From Chlorokybus atmophyticus (Eukaryota; Plantae; Mesostigma and Chlorokybus algae), in NCBI GenBank assembly GCA_009103225.1, contig RHPI01002438.1, forward strand, positions 304,750 through 368,749: a stretch of DNA of 64,000 nt. Reading direction: 5' to 3'. This document shows positions 28,782 through 41,760 of this stretch, one piece after another. The notes below the pieces were generated by a model. It saw nothing but the letters and a program-made list of their open reading frames with translations, was not told the origin of the DNA and did not search any database. Positions within the stretch are counted from its first letter, which is position 1. Every line of letters starts with the position of its first letter. Position numbers and translations under genes: made by a program.

Positions 28782-31700
28782 ATGTGCATTTTGTGCTCCG
28801 CGGGGCGCCTGTCTCGCCGGTTCCTCGCTGCCGCCTCCTGGGTGGTGGCGGCGGCGGCGTGCATTTGGGCCCTCGCGCATTTCTACCTCTTCGTCCTGGT
28901 CTCGGCCGTCGCCGCCATCCTACTGTTGATTGTGACGTGGTTCGAGTTTCTCCAGCCCTGGTGGCGAGAGAGGCTCGACCGACTGCAAGTGGAGTCCCGC
29001 CTCCGTCGCCGTCTTCATGCTCAGGCATGCCTTGATGAGCATGCCCCTTGTAGCGCAATGCACGCAATGCGTTCTGCAACAGCAGCTGTTAACATCAACT
29101 TTAGGGTTTGGGTTCACAAGTTCATAGTTCTACTCGCTGTTCATGTGCACTGAAGCGTGGGCACCAGCAGGGTGCATTGGACCAGTTGTCATCAATGCAT
29201 TTTGCTACAGCAGCTGTTGAAGTCAGCATTAGGGTTTGATTCACAAGTCCATAGTTTTACTTGCTGTGGTATAAGCCCATTAAAGCGTGGGCAGCAGTAG
29301 TGTGCATTGGACCAGATAACATCTTTGTAGGGCGATTGCAAGTCTTGTCAGCAACTACAAGTTTTTATTAACGGCGCATAGCCTTCCATTGTGGTGTTGC
29401 GTGCACTGTGAGATACTGGTGTTTATATTCATCTTATATCAGCAAGAGCAAGCTTGGTGCTGCTGATAAGACACCCTTATGCGCATTGGACGAGTTCTAA
29501 CAATGACAAGAAGTAGGTTTCATCCAAGTCAGCTTGAGTCTTTCAAAAAGGGTTAGCAGTAGCTGGTTGATACCATGGCGAGCAGACACACTACACCATG
29601 GCACACACTACACCATGGCGAGCTAACACACAGGCATATCAGTGTACATCTTGACTTTTCTTGGCACGACAGGAAGAGGAGCGACGCCGCAAGGAAGCCG
29701 TACGCCGGTGTCGAAATTGTGCAGCGGCTTATGTGCATCAGTTCCCCATAAATGGACGGTACACGTGCTCTGTGTGCGGACATGTTTCCAAGCGCCCGAT
29801 GTATGATACAGATGGCAGCTTGGAGGACCTGTCAAGGTCAAGAAGGGGAGGGAGCCATGGTGATGAAAGGTCTTACAGCTCTGATATGCAGGTTGGTAAC
29901 GAGGAGTGCAGAAGCAATGGCACGCATGCACACGTATTGATCATGTTGGTCGCAGCCATATTGGATTTGGAGACTACTGCAATTACTAGGCAAGCATAGA
30001 AACAATCACGATCGGGACAGCTCGCTGCGGCGGAAGGGGTCGGATGATAGGGAGGAGAGTAAAGAGGAGCGCGCTCGACGCAAAGTTGAGGAAAGACGCG
30101 CAGCGCGCTCTGAGAAACAGGTTGGTGTCATGAGAGTGTGTCATACCATCTAGCTTTACGACAGCATTAGGCACTGTGAGCGTTGATCGCATTCTTATGT
30201 GGGACATGGGACAGCGTCTTGAAGATGAGGAGCGCAAACAGCGGGAAGAGGTGGCTAGGTTGGTAGAAGAACAGAGGCTCGCCAGACAGCGGCAGGAGCA
30301 GCAAGAACGGCTAGAACAGGTTGGTATCGCGCTTGGAGTATGTGATGAGTATGGTAACAGCAGGCATTTTGTTGATGGCGATGTTTGTGCAGGAAAACCA
30401 GCTGGAAAGGTTGAGACATGCTGAACAGAGTCTTTTGCAAGAAGTCCTGGCGGAGAGCATACCCCAGCAGAAGCATAAGGATGGGAAGGTGAAAAGCAAG
30501 ACAGCAAAGAAGCATCAGGATAGCGATGCGCGCAGCGACTCCAGTCGAGAGTCGTGTACTAAATCCAAAGCAGTGCCCGAGCATAAGAAGGCCACAACCA
30601 TACGAGCGTCTGGGGAGGAACGCAATGGGGTAGCACATACCAAGGCAAACGGTGTGCACACGTTTGCGCCTCATAAGACTCTGGATGCACCATCAAAGCT
30701 GTCCAACCATGCGCCGGGCAAAGGCATAGTCTCCAGCAAACAAGCAGTGGCGAAACAGCATGCCATGAAGGCGTGGATGGGTCGCTATGCGGATATGCTG
30801 CACCGATATGACACGGTAAGCTACAAGTTCATGTTTGTTCAGTGTGTCAGGCAGTCAGGCACGTTAAGCTACATTGTACCACCTGCATGTGTAGTTGATC
30901 ACCATCATGGTCTGTGCCTACGCATTCACAGCGCCTGTAGGCAAGTTATCCGCATGCATTGGTAACAGGGTGCCGCTCTTACACAGCTGAGCCCCCTGAT
31001 TGCAGTTTGAAAGTAGTTGCTTGTCTTCTATTGTGTAAGTGCATATGCCAGGATGTTGGCAGATGCGTGTCCCATGAGGGAATGTTATCCGCATGCAGCG
31101 CAACATCCTTTGCTGCAAGTTGATAACTTCTTGCTGCAGAATAATGGCTTGGCTCATCACGATCGTGATGCCAGCACCCACACCAGCAAGGCGCAGCTGT
31201 TGCGATCGCAGACACATCCTGCAACTCAGGCTCCTCATAATACTAAGCCCGCTTGGGGCCGCCCGCAATTTCCTGGTGCCGTCAAGCCGGCAATTCCCCT
31301 GCAGCAGACCCCGCTATCACGCCAGCCCCAGCAGCCGCTTTCGTACAAAGTGCACTCGTTTCCACCCTCTTTGCCGCAACCTTCGTTTCAACATGCACCC
31401 CCTCCAGCGCGACCCGCCTGGCATTCGCAACCTCACCTTCAGGTAGGTCCTTCGCAAACCTTTTTTACCTTGTTAGGTTGCAAGCAATCGTTCTATAGGA
31501 AATATAGGTAGCAGGGTCGTTATCCTCTCAATGTTCAGTTGATCATACAACGTCATGTCAGATACGGGCAATTTGAGGCTGCTGCTGCGTAGCTGAAATG
31601 TTGGTGTTGTCCAGGGCATGCCTTGGAGTGCTGCTGTGGCATTCCAGCAGCCAGCGGACCCCTCTGCTCCCGCTTTCACTGGCACGTACAGTGATCACCA

Positions 31701-32267
31701 CAGTATAGCGCAGACGTCACCTACAGCTGTACAGCCTCCTGCATATCAAGCGACCTCCCCCGCTCAACTCCCTTCTTCATTGTGGCCCGATGCAACCTTG
31801 CCGAGCAGTCCGGCAGGACGCGCGTCTGCTTGGTCGCAGCTCCCCCAGATGCCTGTAGAGTTGCAGAGTGCTGCTTTAGGGACTGCTTCTGAGCAGTCTA
31901 ATGCGCGCAACGCGCTCTGGCGGCGATGGCACGCCTCCGACATGCTGCAGGCACAGCCGGAGTATGTTGACTGCGTGACTCAACAGGTCATCCAGGATCC
32001 CGTGATCACAGCCGACAGCCACGCGTTTGAGCGCTCGGCAATTGAGTTGTGGTTGAGGTGAGTATGCAGTCTTGCAAGTCCTGTTGCAGGCTTCATCCAG
32101 CTACTGGTCACTGAAGCATTGCTGCTTGGTGCAGCGAGCATGATGCAAGTCCAACAAATGGGGACGTTTTGCCATGGAGTTTGGATGTGGCTGCGGACAA
32201 GTCCCGACCAAACCCAAGCATGCGCAGCCAGCTGCTCGCCTTCCGCGAAAGTTTGGGATGGGGGTGA
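28782..32267 (+). CDS. Plant NST1-like membrane protein (MCILC N-terminus, TM helices, C4 zinc ribbon, coiled coil) fused to a C-terminal U-box
   Basis: MCILCSAGRLSRR..W..TM..RRCRNC..YTCSVCGHVSKRP recalls the land-plant stress-response NST1-like family; last two exons give QPEYVDCVTQQVIQDPVITADSHAFERSAIELWLSEHDASPTNGDVLP...RPNPSMRSQL, stop 32265-32267. Confidence 0.78.
29080..29323. repeat. Diverged 128-bp tandem duplication in intron 1 of the NST1-like gene, each copy with TAGGGTTT
   Basis: CAGCAGCTGTT...TAGGGTTT...TCACAAGT...AAGCGTGGGCA...GTGCATTGGACCAG occurs at 29080 and 29208. Confidence 0.8.
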
Positions 32268-33410
32268 GATGCACTACAACTCATTGCTCTTTGCTGTATG
32301 TGTGCATCCCTGCCGTGTTGTCAATCGGTACTTCACCCTTCAGCACAAGCATACCTATTGTTGAGTGTTTGCACACCTGTACGGTCACAGGTTGCAGCTG
32401 CTTTACCAATGCACCCTTGCTTGCAGAAGAAATGAGCAGTTGCCTACAGCACCATGGGCAGTGCCAGGGACTTTGCAGCGAGCAAACTCTGATGAAAGGC
32501 CGCGATTAGGGTTGTACTTGGGGAGTGACACTCATCAAGGTTTGTGGACATACGACAAGGTGGCAAACTCCTCACGATCATGAACACGCAGATTTTGATG
32601 CCCGTGCGCTTGGTTTGGCGAGTCGTGCTTATTTACTGGCAAGTCGATCGACAAGTTGTTGGCTCACATAGCACGACGTTTCCTAATAAGAGCTACGTTT
32701 ATTTCATAATTGTGGTACTGTTTCGAGAGGCTATGGCCTGTGCAGTTGCAGTGAATGAGTGCCTCCTCATCGCGCAAATTGCTGGTTAAGAATAAAACCA
32801 GCAAGGTTGGACTACGCATACCTACACGACCAAGGACGCTACATGGGAAAGTAGTTGGAAAACATGCATGGCATGAACAAACAATGCGCCACGTCACTGC
32901 TCATGCATAGTGTTATTCTGCTGTTAGTCTTCAGTAGGTTATTCACCACACGAAAGCATAGAAACAGCACGCACTCACGCAGCAAGCACTCACCCGCACC
33001 CGCATACATTCCACTATTGGGCTATGCTACTACTTAAGTTACGCTACTACCTATACCACCACCCCGTTAGTCATACAAGCATACATGCATCACAATGTAA
33101 TCACCTGCACCAATCCCGAGTAGCAGCATCAGCAAAGGCAATCGCGGCCCACAGCAGTGTTCGTGCACGAGCATGCAGCGTGTGAATGAGGTACCAAACT
33201 TGTAATAGTCAAGGCATATGGAACATTAAGGGCCCCCCGATCAGCATACACACCGCACTCAGACCATCATGTCACCAACATACGCATCGACCAACCACAT
33301 ACGACAATAACAATTAGGGGGACTGGCGCTGAGTGCAAATGCAAGAATTGACAATGCAAGAGCTGACAAAGAATACGGGGAAGATATGTACCTGCAAAAG
33401 CGCAGAGAGA

Positions 33411-34001
<591 letters not shown>

Positions 34002-34716
34002 GAGGTGAGGCTTGAAACGACCACGACTTACTCCACGGCAATGCTGACGCGGACTTCTTGCCAACCACTTCCTGCGCCGCGCAGGGCTTTGCAAAGTCTT
34101 ATACCCCTACGCGACACAACTCACAACAACGGCTGCAGCCGATGCCGTGAACAGAGCTGTTAAGGCATACTAACAAGCATGTAGTCAGATAACAGAGCAC
34201 TGGGCATGCAATGCTTCCTACCGGTGTATACATATATACTTCGGGGTGTTGCATGATCAAGGGGGACAATGCGTGGACAAAACTGTTGTTTATAAGTATT
34301 CATGAATTGGTCAATTTGAAAACAACAGCCCTAGCGTGTTGATACGCAGAACGGGAGATTATTAACATCATGTTGAGAGTGTTCTGATACCTCAGATTGG
34401 CAGATATGATAAATTCCTGAAAATCGACGTACTTTTTAACTGTTTTTTTTTTATCATGAAGTGTTGCCTAAGTAATTTGACATGTTGGTTGCAAGCATCG
34501 CCATATTTGCTCATTTACAAGTGTATCAGAATTGCTACACATGCATAGCACTTCTTGTGTCATGAGGCAATTTTTTGTTTGTATAATAACTTCATCATGT
34601 ATAGCGTATGCTTCTACTTTCGCACTTTAAGATACAATTTCGCTCTTTTCCATGTCATACACTATCTCACTTGAATACATTACATTGGTATATTATTCAA
34701 ACTATGTAGCATATTG

Positions 34717-35673
34717 TGTCACAGCCCACTCGACCATAAAAAACTTGGTGCTTTTATGGTCGATTTGTGGTTATATGATGTACCTTCCCGTTACATTCCC
34801 CCCCACTTAAGAACGCTGACGTCCTCGGCAGCTGGCTCCCATCAGCTGGGGAATCATCCCAGGGGTTTGCTAGGGTCGGCCACCGGCCCCAACGGCAAGG
34901 ACCGGCTAAATTAGGCCCATACCGGTCAATGCGCGCCGCTACCAACCCCACAAGTCGCATCGCGACAGGCAGGTCGCGTCCTGCCGCGCCGACTGAACTG
35001 GTCAGTCCGACGCGACTGCCATGAGGCAAGTTGCGACCTATCGATGATGGCACTTATGATTTACGGTGTTACTGGAGAAACAACGACCGCGGAATTCGTG
35101 TGCAAGGCAGGAATTGAACCCGGGTCTCAAGCTCCGATTACCAATGTCACAGCAAACTCGACCATAAAAGACTTGGTACTTTTATGGTTGATTTGTGGTT
35201 GTATAATGTACCTTCCCGTTACATTCCCCCCCACTCAACAACGCTGACGTCTGATGTCCTCGACAGCTGGCTCCCATTAGCTGGGGAATCATCTCAAGGG
35301 TTTGCTAGGGTCGGCCACCGGCCCCACTGCCCAAGGGCCGGCTAATTTATGCCCATACCGGTCAACGCGCGCATAGCGCGCTGTTGCCGGCCCTACAGGT
35401 CGCGTCGCGACAGGCAAGTTGCGTCCTGCCGCGCCGACTGAACGCCGGCGCGACTGCCGATAGGCAAGTCGCGACCCATCGATGATGGCACTTATGAAGT
35501 GACCATTTACGATGTTACTGGATCGAGAAACAACAATTGCGGAATTCGTGTGAAAGGCAGGAATCGAACCCGAGTCTCAAGCTCCGATAACTAATGTCAC
35601 AGCCCACTCGACCATAAAAGACTTGGTACTTTTATGGTCGATTTGTGGTTGCATCATGTACCTTCCCGTTACA
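34717..35673 (-). mobile_element. Tandem-array TRIM (non-coding miniature LTR retroelement): LTR-int-LTR-int-LTR
   Basis: Three 79-bp TG..CA repeats (34717-34795, 35145-35223, 35595-35673); internal domains of 349 and 371 bp; on the - strand a PBS-like TGGTAATCGGAGC follows an LTR and PPT AGTGGGGGGGAA precedes the next; perfect 5-bp TSD TATTG (34712-34716, 35674-35678). Confidence 0.9.
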
Positions 35674-36659
35674 TATTGTGTGTTATGCACTACTGTATTC
35701 TTTGCGTAAACTATGTATTTATATGCATTTATATACACATGTGTTGTTCAGCCATTGTACATTGTATGTAACAACGGATAGTGACTCTTTACTCATTACG
35801 TAGCAGTAATGAGTACATGTTATATAGCTGTAATCCCATCAGGCGGTTCAATGTTTGTGCAGTATGACCTTATTATATGATACACGTTTACTTTTTGCAC
35901 TTTGTCTCTTACATTGAGGAAAGAGACCCTTGACATGACGCACTTCATGGCGTGTGATGCTATGTCATGCCATGACACGTGATTAAATGTAAAACACTTG
36001 CTTATATTCAATAAGATATAATCGTCATAAAGCATACTTAAATGCACCCTTCGTTAAAGAGAACATAAATGATGTTGAGGTCTCCTACTGCGAGGTCTCT
36101 TGCTCTTAAGATTGGAGAGATTTTAAGTGGTAAAGAGTTGTTTCCCAAAGGTTGTCTCTTATAAGGCGAAATCTTTTAGTCGGAGGTCTTGATAAAAGAG
36201 GTTATGCTATAATGAAAATTGTCCAAGAGAGCTCGCCTCGTAGTAGGGCTGCAACACAAGGTTGAATTCAGCCAAAAACCCGATATGTAGAACACTATAA
36301 GCACTAGGCCTACGATCCGAAGACACGACAATTAGTTACTTCTCAACCTGCGCGCTAACCACTACACGACTACAATACGTTCATAACTTTGGCGCAGTAT
36401 CTTGTCGTATACGATTACACCGCGTGTTTTAGACTCTAAAGTTGCTGTGGCGGGGCATTTGCTACCTTATTGGGCAATACTCGCCGGCGCCAGCTTTGAG
36501 CCGATGAGTTGCTTATAACAAATTTCAACACTAGCAGTTAATACTCATAGTCAACGTTAGAGTTTAAGCTAACACACATGTCAGGCAATGAATGTAGTTG
36601 CGGCCGTCACCTCTGTGGCATTGCTGGCGACACCGCTGACGGTCAAAGGTTCGGCAATG

Positions 36660-37215
36660 CTTGGTGCAAGCCCTGTACTACGAGCTGCTGTACATACGTC
36701 CGGTACAATTGGTTGGGGGGCGACAGGACCTTGGCCTCGCATGACGGGCAACTTTAGGCTTCAGCACATGACACTGCCTTCAGCTATAAAAGAGGCCCTC
36801 GCTTACTTACAAGCGTTCACTGAGGTGGCACCTACGCATCATCTACAGCACTGTTCAGCGCGTATTATTGGCAATTGGCAACCAGCGATACAGATGCTGA
36901 ACAAGCTATCGGCTTCTGAGCCTCACGTGCTGTAGACGTTACATCAATTGTGGTCGTTTTGCTGGGAGCGTGATATTGCGCTATCCTGTGTGTGGCGCCC
37001 ACAAGATGCGTTGCAAGATGCAAATGAGTTATCCAAGTTTACTGACCGAGGGGATTGGGCCTTAACAGCAGATGCAACTGCACATGTAAGCAGCATGTTG
37101 AACATCCAACACTAGAGTGTTTTGCAGCTGACTGGAACAGAAAAGCGTCTGCATATTTCAGTTACATACACATGCCCAGAAGTTTGGGCAATGCATTAAC
37201 TACAAACTGGCGTGA
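36660..37215 (+). pseudogene. DIRS-type RNase H remnant followed by start of the DIRS-associated adenine-methyltransferase-like domain
   Basis: GWGA..G, KEALAYLQAF, GNWQPAIQMLNK, LWSFCWERDIALSCVWRP, ELSK..DW, CFAADWNRKASAYFSY..P.S.G.AL..NW; stops/frameshifts; gag, RT and the NPPF motif not seen. Confidence 0.72.
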
Positions 37216-37494
37216 CACTCTTGAACGTTTGGAGGCGACTTTGTTTGGTGTCATCCGCCATTAGCTCTCTTGCATGAAGCCATAGCGTTATTGCAACATT
37301 ATCAGCTGCCAGCTGTGGTGTTAGTGACAAAATGGCACTCTATGTGGTGGCCAGTGTTCCGCAATTAAGAGTTCTTTTAATATTTATAATTGGGTCCACG
37401 ACCTAATGGTTTGAACATGGTGCGCAAGTATTGAAAACAGCATCAACCGAAACAAACTTGGACGCTATCCCTACATTTATGCTTTTGTGCATTA

Positions 37495-38644
37495 GGTAAG
37501 CGTACCTCTCGTGTAATTAGCGATGCATGATGATAGATTTTCTCCAAGTGCCTTGACCTTGTATTTCTTTCAGAGTAACACCGCAATTGAAGGCGCTCTG
37601 AGCTGCACCACGCCTGAAGGAGTGCAGCCTTAGGTGCAGCCTATAAATGCCACATGTCTTGCAACAATGCACAAAAACATGATAGGCACAATTGCCGGAC
37701 ATGCTATGCTCTTCCCACTTCAATCGGTTCTTGGCAATAGGCCGGCATAGAGGACCAGAGGTGATGGCGAAGGGGCTGCCATGGGAATAAGTCAAGTAGG
37801 CATAGAGCACTTCAGCGAATTCAACAGGCAGACCACTGCTGCGCTCTTGCATGGTTGGTGCACCTCCGGTGTAGTGCTGTAGTTCTTGAGATGTGTTGCA
37901 GTGGCCGCCAGCCCAGAAGCGGCTGCTTGTATCTTTTGCATCTATAAACGTGCACCTTCACCACCCCGTTGCCATGTGCACCACAGATATATGCACAATG
38001 TGTAGTTGCGCCACAGCACAGCCTTATCATGTGTGACTGTCGATGCTTCAGGTATGGTCGAAAGCTGCTGCTGAACGTAGTGGATCAGCGTGCGCATGTC
38101 CTCCATTACCAATGGCACAGCAGGAATAGGTTGCACGCCTTGCCGAGCGGCAATCTTAGCATACCCTTGGCGAAACTCGCGCACATAAATGGATAGAAGT
38201 GGGTTCCATGCTAACATGTCCTTTTTTTCAAGGGCTGGTGTCCAAGCAATCTAAACGAGCATGTGAGATGCGGGATCACATTGTCCAGAGTAGTGCTTGC
38301 GACCATGCGATGGCCATGGCGGTCGAGCCTGCAAGCTTTGCTAATGTGTGTGTCGATCAAATGCTCAGCAAGGTAGCTTGTAACAACAGCTGGGTGACGA
38401 TGGCAACAGCAATGTTGAGCTCAGGATGTTGCAGATAATTGGCAAACTCTTGCCAGACGCGATCACGTTGATTACGGGTATCATTAGATATAACTTCACA
38501 GCTGATGCGCTCCACTTCCAACAGTGCTACCGGCGCTTGCTCTCGCAGATTACAGCCAGTTAGTTCTCGAGGACGTACAGTCGCGCGTGCGGTGCGTTGA
38601 GCATCCGCAGTGTGTTGCAGGCGTTGTGCAAAGTTTGTCTGCAC
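37495..38644 (-). pseudogene. Tyrosine recombinase, frameshifted, convergent with the RNase H
   Basis: WQRGGEGARL (catalytic R), KRYK, LHSFRRGAAQ (HxxR), GQGTW, then Tyr-containing segment; several stops and frameshifts. Confidence 0.85.
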
Positions 38645-41285
38645 AGAGATTAAACATTATCAAGCATCGTAACACAACCATCTTGGTTTGCAACTTTAGC
38701 AATCAAAGTACACCAGGCTTACATCTACTACTTTTTTTTATTAATATAAGCTTGGGAGGATGAGGTAGAATGTTTAATGCATTTACAATCGTTCATCGTA
38801 TGAACCATGATTATAACAATGAATGCATTGCATCGTAGGGCTTAGGTGTTCTTGCCAAAGTTGGACGATAGGTAGGATGTTGTTTGTGACAAAGGGAATG
38901 TAAATCGCACGTTGTGTGTAGTATAATGGGCAATACTCATTGGCGCCAGCTATTGGCCGATGTGCGTTGCTTAAAACAAATTGTTCACACTAGTAGTTGA
39001 TACTCATAGTTTAACGCTAGGGTTAAAGCTAACACACATGTCAAGCAGTGAATGTGGTTGCGGCCGTCACCTCATTGGTGTTGCTGGCGACGCCACCGAT
39101 GGCCGAAGGTTCGCCCCTCCCGCCCCGCCCAGTTGCGCCGCTGCGCTTTCACAAGAACCATGCGGCTGCTCGCGATTGTGCTGGCAATCGAGCATACGCA
39201 CATTGCGGATCAAGACAAGCTAATCACGAGTCTGGATGTGTTTATGCCACAACAGACTGGATCCGGATTGCATATGAGCGTACTTCGACCATACGATCGT
39301 GCCATGACATCGACGGCAATGCGTATGAATCTTCACTATCGTCGGTATATATCGCGAATATTTAATGCATTTACAATCGTTCATTGTGTTAGCCATAGTT
39401 ATAACGCTGAACGCGTTGCATTGTAGGGCTTGGGTATTTTTGCCAAAGTTGGTGTAGGTATAGGGATTATTGTTTGTGACAAAAGGAATGTAAATCGCTC
39501 ATCGTGTGCAAAGTAGTATAATTGACAAAGCCAATCAATGCGTGGCGAAATAGCCTTGGTCGCTCACTTATACAACGGCTTCGTAGACGGCCGCGTCGGG
39601 GGGTCGCACCGCATCGCGACCACACGTTCAATCAACCCGATGACAGTTGAGTTACGTGTCGCGCAGGACGCGGTGCATCGCGATGCATCGCGGCACCGTC
39701 ACAACGCGCCGACGACCGCACCCCGCGGTGCAAGTGTCAGTTGCACCATCACTTCTGACACTTATAGGTGAGTGTATGTCATGATGTGATCAGTTATCAC
39801 ACACACTAATAATTTTACATAGCCTACACTCAATAAGTTACTCAGCCGCCAATGGCGGCCCGCCATGACCCAATCTTTATGAGCATGCCGCGGTGGATAG
39901 CTTTGACATGTGTGGTCCGCATACATCATGCTTATCTGTTACACTTGGTATGAGGATTATATCGATAGCAGTCGCATGGCGGCGCTATTGCGTCCGCCAT
40001 AACCAAAGCAATTTGCCCTCCGGTAGCTCAAGGCCCGAGGGGCTTTGACTGTCTCAATTCTAGGAACTGTCGGCCGTTAACGTCCGGCCGTGTTATTACG
40101 CGTCGCCATTATCGCAAGAGGACGTGGAGGGCAACTGTGCTATATGTGTCGACCGATATCGGCATCATCTCGAGTAATTGTGAACGGCCAATGACGACCG
40201 ATGTCAGTGCATGCTGATAATACCAGCTGTCATCACTTGTGTAGAGGCGCGATGTTTGAAAAGTTTGCAACGTAGCGCGTTATCTGTTGCTAGTGGTTAG
40301 TGCGATGGGCATCAAAAGCGATGGTGTTGTTGGTATTGTTGTTGCGGCGGTGTACTACATGGTATGGGCTGCGGATATGGGTAGTGAAGGTGTTAGTGTG
40401 GGGGGAGAGCGTGATGGTGATCATGTTGGCGGCCAACCGGTGGACGATGGTTGTGATGTTGGGGGTAACGTCGCAAAATGTTTCCCCTGTCGGCCGACAG
40501 AATATTGGCAACGGCCGTGCACCCGAGGATACTCATTTGGACTGTCGACCTTCAGTCTACCGGCGATCTCGATACAGGGACCTGAGCATAACGGCCGTCA
40601 CCATTAGTTGGCGGCCGTCTGCATAAAGGGACTGACCCTAATTAATAGGTACCTGTCAGGTATTCAACAGTTAAGCAAAGGGGACTTGACCTAACCAACA
40701 GGTAACTGACCGGTACCCATCAGTTTGGTACCGGCGACTGTACGCTAACTGAGCGAAATGGTCAGGTACTTTAAGGTACCTACCGTTAACGATGTGTACC
40801 TTTACAAGTACCTGCTGGTACCGCTCAGTCATAATTAGGTGTCACGCGTGATTGTCGTCATCAGCTTTGCAAGAATGCGTGACAAATAATAAAAATTAAA
40901 TTAAAAAATTAAATAAATTACAATGTAATATACTGAGCTACTACTACTACTGCTAGTACAACTAGACTACCACTACCACTGCTGCTATTACTACCTTAGG
41001 TACTACTGCTAGTACTATCTTTGTACTGAGCTGCGGCTCCTGCACCGCCCGCTCCAGCTCCGCCGCCGCCGTTCCTGCTCCGCCGCCGCTGCCGCCGCCT
41101 GGCCTGGTTTGGCCTAGCCTGGCCTGGTCTGGCCTAGCCTGTCCTAGCCTGGCCGCCCTAAGGCAAGGAGGGTGGTTAGATGGCATGCGGTGTTGCGCGT
41201 AGTACAACGTCAGACAGCAACCAAGCTCACCTACTGTTAGCCGTTGCCGCCGCCCACAACGCTCTGTTGAATTTGAAGCCGTTGA

Positions 41286-41760
41286 GCGTTTGAATAACTT
41301 GGGCAGCCCAACAAACGCGTTGTCGAAACGTGACTCGCAACGGCATTATCGTATTATTATAACAGCACGAAAGTACCATTGTCGCAATGGCACTATGGTA
41401 CCATTAATATGATACAATAGTGCCATTGCGACAATGGCACTGTTCGTACCATTGACATAATACGGCGGCTGCATTGTACCAGCGTCTTGACTTGCCGGCC
41501 GGTACCACCGTCCCGACTTGCGTTTGAATAACNGGCAGCCCAAGTTATTCAAACGCGTTGTTAAAACGTGACTCGCAACGGCATTATCGTATTATTATTA
41601 TTACGGTACGAAGTACCATTGTCGCAATGGCGCTATCGTACCATTGGTATGGTACGATAGTGCCATACCAACGATGGCACTGTTCGTACCATTGACATAG
41701 TACGGCGGCTATGTTGTACCCGCGTCTCGACTTGCCTGCCAGTACCACCGTCCCGACTTG
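41286..41760. repeat. Two diverged ~235-bp tandem units built from nested palindromes
   Basis: Units start at 41286 and 41520; GCGTTTGAATAACTTGGGC-A-GCCCAAGTTATTCAAACGC hairpin (one arm damaged in each copy) and inverted 24-mers 41373-41396 / 41417-41440; N at 41533. Confidence 0.85.

Larger units (their letters stand above)
36471..39522 (+). mobile_element. Decayed tyrosine-recombinase retrotransposon (DIRS order, PAT/kangaroo-like) with split direct repeats A1...B1-A2...B2
   Basis: A1 36471-36653 matches A2 38927-39113; B1 38768-38926 matches B2 39356-39522; B1 abuts A2; RNase H remnant on +, YR remnant on -. Confidence 0.82.

Noticed and set aside
34717-35673. tRNA genes or simple tandem SINEs
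   Set aside because: No cloverleaf; TG..CA termini, PBS, PPT and 5-bp TSD fit a TRIM better.
36300-36375. tRNA-like sequence on the - strand
   Set aside because: A-box-like start only; B-box and stems not recognisable.
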